Shown here: positions 24,816-36,800 of the stretch, in pieces
Numbering within the stretch: position 1 is the stretch's first letter
How the letters are laid out: every line of letters begins with the position of its first letter
Source: Paraphysomonas bandaiensis
Lineage: Eukaryota > Protista > Chrysophyceae
Assembly: GCA_965644295.1 (NCBI GenBank)
Contig: CBFFRP010000406.1
Location: forward strand, 1 to 64,000
Direction of reading: 5' to 3'
Length of the DNA: 64,000 nucleotides
The notes under the pieces: model-generated
Databases searched by the model: none
What the model saw: only the letters and a program-made list of their open reading frames with translations
Told to the model about the DNA's origin: nothing
Position numbers and translations under genes: made by a program

Positions 24816-25126
24816 CTAATTACGTACTGCGTCTGGCTAGCAATCAATTTCATAGTGAAAGTCTTGTGATTGTGAGGAATGACTACTCAAACCATTTAAA
24901 TAAACACGGGAATTATAAATAGCTAGTCAACACTAGCATCACAGGTAGTGTTAAACAATTATTATTTACGCGAAATTGCACACATGAACCTTATGAAAGC
25001 CGCAAGTAACCCAATAACTCACACCAATTCAGGTAATGAAATAAATGAGAAAAATTGTAGGTTAACCGAACAACCAACAACCCGACATTGAAGAGGTATC
25101 ATGCGTCCATTTTGGCACTTCGATAT

Positions 25127-26623
25127 CTACACATCAATGGACTTGTAGCGCATGGAAGTAGTGTCGAACCCTGGCATGGGGAAACTGGTTGCAAAGGTCA
25201 TAACAGTGCGACGCAGAGCTTTCACTTCTTCGCTGGCGACGACAGCTTCTTCGAAGGCCTTGAGTGATTTGCCTGTTGATTTCTGGATTTCGATGGCAAT
25301 GGTGAGGGCCTGATGCAGGAAGTCAGCGACCTGACTGAAGTCCTCTTCCTTCAATCCTCTGGTGGTCAAGGCTGGAGAACCAATACGGACTCCCCCTGGG
25401 GTAAGGGCAGACACATCTCCTGGCACGGTATTCTTGTTTAGAGTAATGGAGCAGTGATCGCAAATGGTCTGCATCTTCGACCCAGTGAGCCCTGTGGGGC
25501 GTAAGTCCCATACAAGTAGGTGGTTCACGGTGCCGCCAGTGGTTAACACGTATCCCTTGTTCATGAGAGCCGAAGCGAGAGCCTTGGCATTGGAGCGAAC
25601 CTGAGCAGCATATTCCTTAAAGGTAGGACTAGCAACTTCCTTCAGCTGGGTGGCGATGGCTGCAATCTGATGCACGTGTGGTCCACCCTGAAGACCAGGA
25701 AAGACTGTCATATTGATCTTTGTCTCGAAGTTGCGAGAGTCTTTGCGGAAAAAAATAACTCCAGCACGGGGGCCCCTGAGGGTTTTGTGCGTTGTGGTGG
25801 TGACAATGTCACAGTACTGGAAGGGGCTCTCGGCCTCTCCAGTAGCGACCAGACCAGAGATGTGCGCCATGTCCATCATCAGCAGGGAGCCATTAGCATC
25901 AGCAATCTTGCGAAAGCGTGCATAATCCAACTCGGCAGGGTATGCGGAATGTCCGCATATAATCATGGCGGGCTTAAAGAGGTTTGCCTGAGCCTCGAGT
26001 GCGTCATAATCGATGAGACCAGTCTCGGGACTGACACGGTAGGGAAGGGATTCAAAGTAGATAGAGGTCGCAGAAACCGCCTTACGAGTACCCTCGGTTT
26101 TGCTGAAGGTGTAAAACCCGTGTGTAAGGTGACCGCCGCTGGGGAGATCAAGGCCCATAATACGATCGTGAGGCTTTAACAATGCCGTAAGTACCTCAAA
26201 ATTGGCGGGGCTACCACTGTAAGGTTGCACATTCACACCCCACTCGTTGGCATCCAGTCCGTAAGCGGCTAGCGCACGATCACGACACATGTTCTCGATT
26301 TGATCAATGTATTCATTACCGCCGTAGTATCGCTTTCCAGGGTATCCTTCAGCGTACTGAATTGAAACAACGAGTAAATAATATGAGAAGAATAAGTCAC
26401 TTGTTGTCTTACTTTGTTCGTCAAGCACGAGCCGAGGCATTCCATGACAGCGCGAGAGGTCAAGTTTTCAGATGCAATAAGCTCGAGACCAGACCACTGC
26501 AGCACTGATTTAGATATCTCACATAAAGTTGATATCACTCACCTGCCTATGCTTCTCACGCTCAATAAGATCGAAGAGCTCAGGGTCATGGTCCAAAAGG
26601 GAAGTCTGGCCAGGAAGTGACAT
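25127..26623 (-). CDS. SHMT: Serine hydroxymethyltransferase, probably cytosolic (3 exons)
   Basis: Spliced [27 protein letters not shown]|[11 protein letters not shown]...LTNK|[16 protein letters not shown] lysine motif [19 protein letters not shown] and [13 protein letters not shown]. No transit peptide. Confidence 0.97.
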
Positions 26624-26777
26624 TTGATATTACTTTTTCAGATATACGGCAGTTAGGCAATTAATGCAGCTATATGTCAAACACTGCAGAGAACTATTTG
26701 TGACCACACACACCATATCCACACCACCACACCGCTCGCAACAGAACAATAAAAAAACAGAACACACCTATGCGTGT

Positions 26778-27187
26778 GTATGTATGTATGTATGTATGTA
26801 TGTATGTATGTATGTATGTATGTATGTATGTATGTATGTATGTATGTATGTATGTATGTATGTATGTATGTATGTATGTATGTATGTATGTATGTATGTA
26901 TGTATGTATGTATGTATGTATGTATGTATGTATGTATGTATGTATGTATGTATGTATGTATGTATGTATGTATGTATGTATGTATGTATGTATGTATGTA
27001 TGTATGTATGTATGTATGTATGTATGTATGTATGTATGTATGTATGTATGTATGTATGTATGTATGTATGTATGTATGTATGTATGTATGTATGTATATA
27101 TGTGTGTATGTATGTATGTATGTATGTATGTATGTATGTATGTATGTATGTATGTATGTATGTATGTATGTATGTATGTATGTATGT
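26778..27187. repeat. (TATG)n microsatellite, about 410 bp
   Basis: Near-perfect array with an interruption near 27098-27105, between divergent SHMT and the lipoyl gene. Confidence 0.99.
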
Positions 27188-27266
27188 GCATTTGTTGTGG
27201 TGTGTTAGTCTTCAGGTTTGAGGGATTAGAGGAATCATATTTCTAATCTACTTCTATATTTCTTAG

Positions 27267-28035
27267 ATGTTGAGTATGTATCGTGGTATCGCTGGGGTTC
27301 TGAGACAGAGGGTTTCTGTTGTCTGCTTCAGAGGATCGTTTCACTCGTCCAGCAGGCTGCTTGATATCGTTACTGTTAATGTGCCTGCTCTCGGCGAGAG
27401 TATAACTGAAGGATCCATTGCAACATGGGAGAAGTCTGTGGGGGATAGTGTTAATGTTGATGACGTCGTCGCTGTTGTTGAAACTGATAAGGTTACAGTT
27501 GATATCAAGTCGCCTTACACAGGAAAGATAGCAGAGCTGATGCATGATGAGGCTGCGACGGTGATGATGATTATTTATATGCATATTTCCTTGTCTGATG
27601 CTGTTTGATTAGATTAATGTTGGTTCTCCGCTGTATAGCGTTGATGTTGATGGCGCAGCCACTGAGACAGCGTCAGCCTCAGGGAGTAACACTGGTGCAG
27701 AAAGTAGCAATCGAGCGGATAGCTCATCCTCATTGTCTCAGAACTCATCTGAAGATCCAAAGGACGCTCATACTATAATTCATCCTTCTGGAAGGAAGTC
27801 TCTGATAAAGTTCTTGGGCAAGCGATCTCGGATTCCTCAAGAGAGGACACATAAGCAATCGTCAACAACTGAGCGTCAGCCTGAGGTACAACAGACAAAG
27901 CCATCGTCCACGAATGAGAAAATATGGAGCCGTGAAGAAATGGAAGGGTACGATGCTGCTTGGTTGGGTCGCCCAAGAGTATCTGATGAAGAGATTGAAG
28001 CTATAGAGAGCGGTGGAGCTACTCTTTTTGGCTGA
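27267..28035 (+). CDS. Mitochondrial lipoyl-domain protein with a KGD4/MRPS36-like C-terminus (intron 27561-27612; about 238 aa)
   Basis: Arg/Ser-rich presequence, then an E2o-type lipoyl domain (VPALGESITEG...VETDKVTVDIKSP..G.I), an S/A-rich linker, SLIKFLGKRS and a terminal SDEEIEAIESGGA. No acyltransferase catalytic domain. Confidence 0.8.
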
Positions 28036-28374
28036 TTGTGATATTTTATTTACGATGAAAGCCTAATCAGACCGACTTAGCTGTAATAATATACTGTATG
28101 AATATGAGAATATGATTCATTTCAGCACCACAGAGATCATTGTGGTAAGGATTCTTTCCCTGCAATTGTCACTATTTAAGTCGTTGTATTTGCTCCTACA
28201 ATCACACGTCATGATATATACTCTTACTGAAATCTGAAATATGCTGTTCGAAAAGTTATCTCAGCTACCTAGCAATACTAGCAATAGCAATGAGTTTTCC
28301 AATTTTGAGTTTTATCGCCTTTTGCTTCGTCCGATTTGCTATAATGATATGAAATTATTACTAGTTTGAAATCT

Positions 28375-28545
28375 CTTCGACAATCCACTCTTCCTCGCTT
28401 TATCTGAAGGTTGAAAAAAGGTGCCAGCAGCCAACAACCCGTAAATACTTCTTGATAGACCCTTCACATGCATGATATGTTGGTGTGTGATTCTTCAATT
28501 GTTGCAACCATTCTGAATCTTTTGCAGTTGTCTGTTGTCTTGATA
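28375..28545 (-). pseudogene. Decayed hAT/BED transposase relic
   Basis: Nucleotide and translated similarity (QPSDKA...EWIVEE) to the ORF at 47509-47859. Confidence 0.55.
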
Positions 28546-28898
28546 GACCTTTCACTCATTACATACACCGTATGTATATCTGACACTAAGTATATATTAT
28601 ATATTATATATATCAAAGTCTGATTATTACATGAGTACGGTTGCGTACAGAAACTAGTTTATGTCTATAGACTAGCTAATAACTAGATTTGCTATATACT
28701 ACTAGTGGCGGGCAACCGTCTCGGGACTGCTTGTGCATCGCTGCGAGCACCATGGTGCAACCTATATTATATATATTAGATTAACAGAAGTACTGTAAAT
28801 GAGCAAGCAATACATAAAAACCAGAAAACAATATTAAAAATGAGCTTTTTCATCGTTGTTTTCTGGATAATATTTACAAACATGGACTTACATATTAA

Positions 28899-29245
28899 GT
28901 CGAGAAATGTATAAAACCTGGTGATTTTGATAATGGTCAGAAAAGGGTATAACTAAGCTCAATAAGTAACTATGAAGATATTAATAGTGTGAAACATTTA
29001 TAATACTTTTTACTACTTTCTCACATATTACTTCAGTTTTACAGCTATAAAAACGAAACAGTGATAATACAAAACACAAGCAGGGGCAACTGGTAACGCA
29101 ATAATACTTCTAATAACAACTATACTGCGACTTTTTCGTTATCTTTAAGCTCTCAGATACAAATTACAGTAAAATAATAATTCAAACTTAGATATGAAAC
29201 CTGGTGAAATTGCCAGGTATTTTTATTGTTGGTATTACCTCGACT
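28899..29245. mobile_element. AGTCGAG-ended MITE
   Basis: Inverted ends TA|AGTCGAG ... CTCGACT|TA with subterminal AAACCTGGTGA. The left half is homologous, inverted, to 45990-46172. Confidence 0.65.
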
Positions 29246-29270
29246 TATTGCTTTCGGTATATAATAATTA

Positions 29271-29726
29271 CTACAGTAGTGAATGTCTTATTATTATCAA
29301 TAGGCGTGTAAGAGTCAGAACTAATGTAGCAAAACAATTTAACTAAAACTAATACTTAACTCTGATATCCTACTATTTAGCGCTACGAAAGCTGCTTGTG
29401 TGTCACCGCAAGCACCAAGGTGCAACCACTTTTGCTCTCTGTCCTGAAAGCAAACGCAGTGAGCAAGAAAAAAGTTGATATACCTGACATCAGAATTTTT
29501 GAGTTCTTAAGGTGAACAGGCAGCCCACTACCCCGGATGCCCATCAGGTGGGCTCATTCCCGGATGTCTGTATTTATTCGTCAAAACCCAAAGACGTCTA
29601 CACAAGTGACACTAATTACTGTCCCTTGTATCACACAAGCAGTTGGCAATGAGTGGGAAGAAATAACTTCGGTACATATATCCTCCAGTACACCACGAAA
29701 AGGTGCGAGCCCGACTTTGCTGAGGG
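29271..29726 (-). mobile_element. Second copy of the CCCTCA-ended dispersed repeat
   Basis: Inverted homologue of 19301-19610, ending ...TTTGCTGAGGG|TA. Confidence 0.7.
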
Positions 29727-30586
29727 TAACAGTTACTATATACTATATACACTGATTGCAACATACTGAGAGTTAGCTTAACAGTAACGATATAGACGGA
29801 ATATTTTGCCGGTCAGCATTCAATGCATTGTTTCCTAGCCCTGCATGAAGTGATAAAGCGTATCTCTGTAAGTAATTGAGTACAATATCAAATATCGGTA
29901 AACACAGTTCTCTATAAAGTATAATTGTGATTAACGTTTCTCTTGCTTTCCCTTCGATCATTACTTTATTTACAATCTCAAAATCCTGCGACCTTATATC
30001 TTATATGTGGTCACCAGTAGAGACTAAGTTGCTTAATTACTGTATTTGCAATCAATAGTAATACACCAAAAAACAGATAGTAGCATTTAGCTGTTCAACT
30101 TTAAACAAAATTAACAATATTTAAATGCATTTTAACATTTTAATTAAAATTTAAAAGTTAATCCTTGACTACACTTACGCAGCATTTCTTCAGTTACGTC
30201 ATAAGTTTGATTCGTGCATTAAATACACACTTAAATCTTACTGTACAGGCATTAATCTCGTAAGGTGTATATCATACTACAAACTAAGAGTGACAAATTG
30301 TGGTGAAGTTGTCCAATGATTACTTCTGTCCACAGACAAAATATCGTTATCACTGTGATATAAGAAAAGATATCATGGCCCGCACTGAACAATAATACAT
30401 ATTTTGATTGTCACAAGCGTCGAGAGAAACATACACATGTTGGTAAGTGCTCTTTACTGAGGACACCAACTTCACTACGAAGAAGTACTCTTCAGCCTTA
30501 GTTTAGAGTGTGCAGTAGGAGTCCTTTGAATTTTCGAAGTCTTAATAGAATTCCTTATCTTGGTTTTCCTTATCGTGGTATTCCTA

Positions 30587-33500
30587 CAAACCTGGTAAAT
30601 CGGGGCCCCCAGAAAAATCGGGGCCCCCACAAACCAAAAAACAGTCCCATATGACCGTCAATAAACCACCTTAACAGACACTAATTCCTTCAATAACTAC
30701 ACACCCAATCAACTAACACATACAACGCCATGTCCCTCGTATGCACGAGTGTTCATATCATAAGGACACCTCTCCGCTCATCCATACTACTGCTGCTTTC
30801 AACCAGCAATGTGAGGTGAACAACTGTGTCGGCAGTGTTCCTGGTGTCCATCCGCTGTGCTCCGTAAAGCCTTCACTTGCACTTTACACTGGTAAGAATG
30901 GAGATAATTAGAGACATTGACTCTATGTGATTTGGTGTGTGTTTTCATATGAAGGCTCGGGAATGTTAATGCTCTGTCTATAATGTATATATTATATATA
31001 TAGCCTCATAATAGCGGACGATTCCTTATGCCATAGAGTGACTCTGGATAGAGAATCTACATCGAAGAGTATTTACTCTCCTCCAATACAGCTTGAGTAA
31101 TCTCTCTGACTTGTTAAAAGTAACCTATTGGCGTATGTTTGTTTCGTTGCGTGCTCTTCGTGGAGTAGAGATATCACTCCACTATCGCCCTATAGGAATT
31201 GCCATTTGATCTCCCTGGCTTTTCCGGAACGCAACACCTCTCACAGAGATCACCACGTTTGCTTGATGACTACGTACCATGTACAGTAGGTTCACGATGC
31301 AACTTGTATATATGTTCGTCCTGCCTTGTATAATATAGGTTCTTGATTGATTATGTAGCTTTTCCATGTGCCTCATGTATAATATCTAATTAAGTTAGTT
31401 TCATCCTGCCGTTGTTTGTATTTAGAAATCAAATATCTACGAATTGAAGAAGAAACACACTATATTCTACCATATTATTATTCCATTATTTGCTTCATAC
31501 TGCAACACGTGTATTACATTACATACCACTGAGAGTATTAACGTCCAATATAGTGAAAAAGCAAATGATCATTAAGTTAAAAATTAATTAGTCAATATCA
31601 CAGGAAAGTAATCAACAAAACGGTAATGAACGTAAAATATAAAAAGATATTCCGAATGTTAAATCATAAGCTACCTCGTAATTGTTAGATTTGATAGTAC
31701 ATGATGCGCATCATTCACTTGTTTCATGCGAACTTCTTCCTTTTCTGCTCTCAAAGTTGTCTTAGCAGCTTGCTTTGCTTTCCTTTCAGCTACCTTTTCT
31801 GCCGCGGATAATAAGGCCAACCGTTGCTTCTCTTTCTCTTTAGCAATGATATTGGCCGCCTTCTTGCGTCTTCTTTCTTCTTGTACTCTTACGGCTTTAG
31901 CACAGCGGTCCTCTTCTCTCATGAGCGTGAGCTCTGCTGCACGCCGTTTTCTTTCAGCAGGATCTCTTGAAGCCATTTCCTCCCGATACCTTGCAACAAC
32001 GCTCTCGTGACTCACTATTTCAGACCAATGACGGATATGGGTCAGGTCGTCTCTGTTGATACTCGTAAGTCCCGGTGATATACCCTGAGCAATCATCTCA
32101 GGGTAAGTAACAGTTCCACGAAGTTTTACAAATTCGGACAACGTCGGAACAGCACGTTTCATTAATTCCATTTGCTCTTCTGAGATGTCCGTGTAACACT
32201 GATACATCATTTTCTCAAAATCTACAGTGACACCGTTTTCATCAGGTGGGCAATCCTGACCACAGCAAGCAAAGCCGGCAGCAACTACATTTCGAGTCAT
32301 GACATTATCAAACGCATGACATAACACTAACAAGCCCTGCACATAGTTGTCTCGAAGACCACATCCAAAAAGAACGGACGGATATGTAGACATGAATCGA
32401 TCAAATGATGCTCGTATACCACTTTCCAGTTGCCTGTTTAATACCACCACGCCTTTGGAAAGGAATGATCGAATAAATCTAGTAACTCCACGAAATGTGT
32501 ACTGACGATCACAAGCATTATGAATACCTGTTAGACCAGCACCCACCCGGCCATAGTCGGTCAGAACAGCATCGAACCATCCACGCACTTCATCCTCATA
32601 GGCATTCGATATAATAATATCTTCTCCATCCGTACTAAAAAAATTTCTCATTGGGGATCCGTCAGCATTAACCGGTTTATGTAAGGCATTCGACTCCTTG
32701 ATTGTCGGTATGACAACTCGGCAAAAATAGTCCTTCCACATTGCCTTGGTTCCACACCTTGTCCTACTGAAGTATATATATCCCTTTGCACCAATGTGGT
32801 TGGATAAAGCTAATCCTAATACCTCTTCGACGTGCCACTCTTCATCACTCATGCCTTTTAAAGCTAATATTACGACAAAGGGTGCTGTCTCGCCGGAAGC
32901 ATTGATCATGTGCATGACTTTAATAGCAAACGGGAGCCTATCAGAAGTGCTACTTTTGGACTTGCCCTTTTGAGTTGCTTTCACTCGGACAGAGTCATCA
33001 GATATATATTCATACTCCTCTGTATGCATCAATCTAATTGTCTTTTTGTGATATTTACCACATGTCGCAGCGTAATCAAAGACAAAGGTCGATGCATCAG
33101 CATTCCACTTACAACAGGCCTGCAATGTAGCTGACAGAGTATAACAAATTAAATACCACATATATGACATCAGAGGACATTTACAGGCTTTTACGCTGGC
33201 ATCCTTGCATGCCTGTTTTGTTCCAACATCTAGCTTATGTCGCTTGATGAACCCATTGGCCACCTCGTGAGATACTAACTTTCCATCGTCTTCAGGATGT
33301 ATAATTCCTCGCTTCCTCTTATCAACGCGATCCTGCTCACTAATTAAATGTCGCAAGTTATTGTAGCTGCACTCATCCAAATTACTTCTCATCACTGTCA
33401 ATTCTTCTTTAATTGCTTTCAATTGACTGGGTTTGGATGCCATTGCCCATCGTCCTCGTTCTTTGGTCGTTCCATTAGCCGTGTATGAATTCTTGTTGTT

Positions 33501-33881
33501 GTAAAAGAAATTCTTATGTAGCTTATATCGGCGAATAAGTCCTTTCTTTGTACATATTTGGTCTTCTCTCAGACCGTTTAACCCTTCGACTTCTCTGAAT
33601 AGCCAATTCTTTTCCTCTGATGAGAGCAGTACCCGCTTGAGGTTTCTGTAGTTGTAGGCAACAGAACTTCTTGTATTTACAGGGCAACCTTGCAACCTCT
33701 CCGGGACTTGATTGGAAGACACGTCAATACTGTTATCTCTATCTACTGCTTCCATGCTACTGGTTTAAAAGGGATATGTCATTGTTCTTCATATCTTTTG
33801 ATCGTTTATTTGATTGTGTAGGACTGTTTTTTGGTTTGTGGGGGCCCCGATTTTTCTGGGGGCCCCGATTTATCAGGTTTG
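30587..33881 (-). mobile_element. Tc1/mariner-pogo-superfamily TIR DNA transposon (3295 bp)
   Basis: 61-bp TIRs (30587-30647 and 33821-33881, one mismatch), each with two AAATCGGGGCCCCCA repeats. TA TSD at 30585-86 and 33882-83. Internal 694-aa ORF. Confidence 0.9.
31671..33755 (-). CDS. Divergent DDE_1 (pogo/Fot1-like) transposase
   Basis: Candidate catalytic blocks KWNADASTF, INASGETAPFVVI, FSTDGED and HNACD..TF, which parallel the N.DETG / LDGH / QPLD..F blocks of DDE_1. K/R-rich tail. Flanked by TIRs. Confidence 0.7.
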   Translation of the reverse strand: MEAVDRDNSIDVSSNQVPERLQGCPVNTRSSVAYNYRNLKRVLLSSEEKNWLFREVEGLNGLREDQICTKKGLIRRYKLHKNFFYNNKNSYTANGTTKERGRWAMASKPSQLKAIKEELTVMRSNLDECSYNNLRHLISEQDRVDKRKRGIIHPEDDGKLVSHEVANGFIKRHKLDVGTKQACKDASVKACKCPLMSYMWYLICYTLSATLQACCKWNADASTFVFDYAATCGKYHKKTIRLMHTEEYEYISDDSVRVKATQKGKSKSSTSDRLPFAIKVMHMINASGETAPFVVILALKGMSDEEWHVEEVLGLALSNHIGAKGYIYFSRTRCGTKAMWKDYFCRVVIPTIKESNALHKPVNADGSPMRNFFSTDGEDIIISNAYEDEVRGWFDAVLTDYGRVGAGLTGIHNACDRQYTFRGVTRFIRSFLSKGVVVLNRQLESGIRASFDRFMSTYPSVLFGCGLRDNYVQGLLVLCHAFDNVMTRNVVAAGFACCGQDCPPDENGVTVDFEKMMYQCYTDISEEQMELMKRAVPTLSEFVKLRGTVTYPEMIAQGISPGLTSINRDDLTHIRHWSEIVSHESVVARYREEMASRDPAERKRRAAELTLMREEDRCAKAVRVQEERRRKKAANIIAKEKEKQRLALLSAAEKVAERKAKQAAKTTLRAEKEEVRMKQVNDAHHVLSNLTITR

Positions 33882-36800
33882 TAGGTATTGTCATTCTTTT
33901 TTCTTGAGGGAAGTGAATCACCAAGGCCACTCTTGCTTCTGCGAATGGTAGCTGAAGCTATTTCTACTCCACCACCCATGGAATCTTCCTCAGTATCCAC
34001 ACTATTGTGTGGGTCAACGGTATCTCGTGGAGCAGACGAAGCTAAAGCTCTTTTTTGTTCATCCAGAAATACCTTCTCAACGCTTTCACCTCGTGCAATC
34101 CTCGCAGACGTAGAATCTACACAAAGTTTATATCACTATATAATATTCAAGTTGGGAGAGAGATTTTACCTGGAGGGGATAATAACTTCATCCATTGCTC
34201 TAAAATAAAGCATCAAGTTACAATATTCACTTACAGGCTATATTCACCTTGTCTACTGTATGCCACCTCAACACCAACCGCTTCATCGTGAATTCTGCTC
34301 CCATTTTCTGTCACGTTGTTATCATCGCAGATAATATCATCTTCCGTTATAGCAACCTACATCACCTTGTCATGCCATGCTGTATTATCATACAGATATA
34401 TACCAAATGAAAAAATGACTTTCGAAGAGAAATATTCGGAGCACACCCATGCAGACCTTTTCCTTCCCCAGAATAATACTCTACATACAAAAACCCTCTG
34501 TGCGGCATGGTGGAATCTGACATCCAACTTTGAGTCAGAACCCAACCGGGAATCTCAGGACGATTGTACTCCCATCTAAAACTTGGGGCTATCCAATTTA
34601 ACCCCGGTTCAATTATTGACATTAAAGCCAATATTTTGGCTACCAATTTTTCCTCTCGTTGCTTAATATCTAAGCAATAACACCCTTCTGGTTTCATTGG
34701 TGACCATATATTTAGTATTCCTAACCGACATGTCGTACATGCTGCCTCCGTAGCGGTGAGAACCTCCAGTATCAGATCAAAGTTATGAATGTCGATGATT
34801 CGAGCATACAGCTGGACTACCAACTCCACCCGATATGAACCAAAATACTTCGTTCGCGGTGCCATACCGTCAGCAAAGTGCTTCAAAATTACTGCAACAT
34901 GCCTCGCACGAATCCAAACCCGATTCAGTATATCTGACACAGCCTTCACGGTGTGTAGAAGTCTAATATTATCTTTTACATCAGCTGCCTTCAACTTGCG
35001 GAAATCTTGGTTTAAATCGAATACGTATTCGGAGGAACTTACGATAGCAGTCTTTCTCAATGGTCGTTCAGTAGGAATATCACTGTCTGACACATCGACT
35101 GGAATGATATTTCTTCCATCAGTAGGAAAGTCATGATTTAGACCAGAATTGCTGGAAATGTCGCTACGCTGTTGCTGCAACAAAGTGCTATATCGTCTAC
35201 CAAATGATCGTACATTACTATCTTCAGGCCTTGTATTAGAAGGTAAATTATCGTCATCAGAAAAGATGTCTGTGTCAGAATCAGAATCTGAATAATCAGA
35301 ATCTACAGCATATACGGTAGGACTCTCATTCGCCAACATATTTGGGTCGACCGATTCGTTTCGAATAGCTTTGAAATGTTGCTTCTCTCTCCGTGGAATC
35401 ATTCTGTAGAACATTAACATACACAACTGTATATCTTCTGCTCTCTGTTTGTCATTCACACCTCGAAATCGTCCATCACCCACAATATCTCTTGCAGTCT
35501 TCCTCTTTAGCTCAACCAAGCTTTCGAGTACACTAGACTTCTCACTCATTTCAATCAGGTTTAAATTGCTCAAGATGTTTATACATCGACTGTCTTGCAT
35601 GATAGCAGTGTTTCTAGGTGGGTGAAATGACCCGCAAAAGTCAAACGATAAAGTTCCACCCTTAGGCATTGGACTAAACATGTCTGTCGTCAATTGTGTT
35701 TGTATTCCATTAAATACAGTATTTCTGAAGCTGGACCAGTCTCCCAATTGACTGCGATCTCCAGTAATTCCTTTATCAAATATACTCTGTTCGATACAGA
35801 CCTTCATTTTCGCTTGACTTTGCTCAAGTAGTCTTCGAAGACACTGCCTGTCATTTTCTAGTGATAAATCCAAATAGTAGTAACCGTTGTAGATACCGAG
35901 AATAGGGCCCAAAGAATTTCCTAATCCTAATTTTAACCTCCGAATATCAACTTTATCATATCCAAAAACCCTAAACACGAAGGACCTTGCATCTGTGGGA
36001 TCGGCAATATTAGGAAGAACATGAATTGCGGCAGCTACTGGGTCTCGCAGTTCAGCAAGTATGGTTTTATGTATACTGAGCGCCTCCTTTTCGCGTAGGC
36101 GAGTGCTAGCCACCCCAAAACTCAGCATCTTGGTGACATTCTCGATTCCTTTTTGCACAAAGTCCATTATACGGGTGTGATTGTAGGCTGACAATACTTT
36201 TCTTGACCCAGCTCGATAAATGTCTGTCACAGATATATACAAATAACCTGAGGTAGGAGGAATGTACTTCGCTTTTCTCTCGCCACAATCTTCTACAATT
36301 ACAGGGTATTCAGTAAGATCCTTTATCCTTGCAGAAGCTTCTTCTTCTTTTGCTCTTAAGAAATCTTGAAACTCTAACCACTCTAGAGCCCCAGTCCCAT
36401 CCACGTCAAACCTAGATCAAATAAGTTGTTGTGATACAGTTGGTCAAATGCATACTCACATAGAAATAGCTTGAAGAACATCGTTTTCAGTAACGCATAC
36501 ACCCAATGTAGTTAACAGAGAGTGTATTTCTTTAGAGTCTAGTGATCCTGAATTGTCGTCGTCAAATTTTTCAAACAGGTGCTTAGCCAAATCTCTGTCT
36601 TTGGCAGCAGCCTCTAATTTCATCAGACTCGCCAATGTAGCGCGCATTTCATCATCAAAATCCGACCAATCGATTTCAACCAAAGTCCTAGCCAGGTTAA
36701 TAGTAGTAGCTGAATCAGGAATCGGCTGAAACCTACACGAATTCTGTGTGGTTCTGGTTCCATAACGATTACGAGCACCGCTCGGAGGGAGGGAAGAAGC

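Noticed and set aside
29691-29730. Hammerhead ribozyme (CGAAA ... CTGAGGG)
   Set aside because: Lacks the CUGANGA core and the three-stem arrangement, and the other copies do not keep CTGA.
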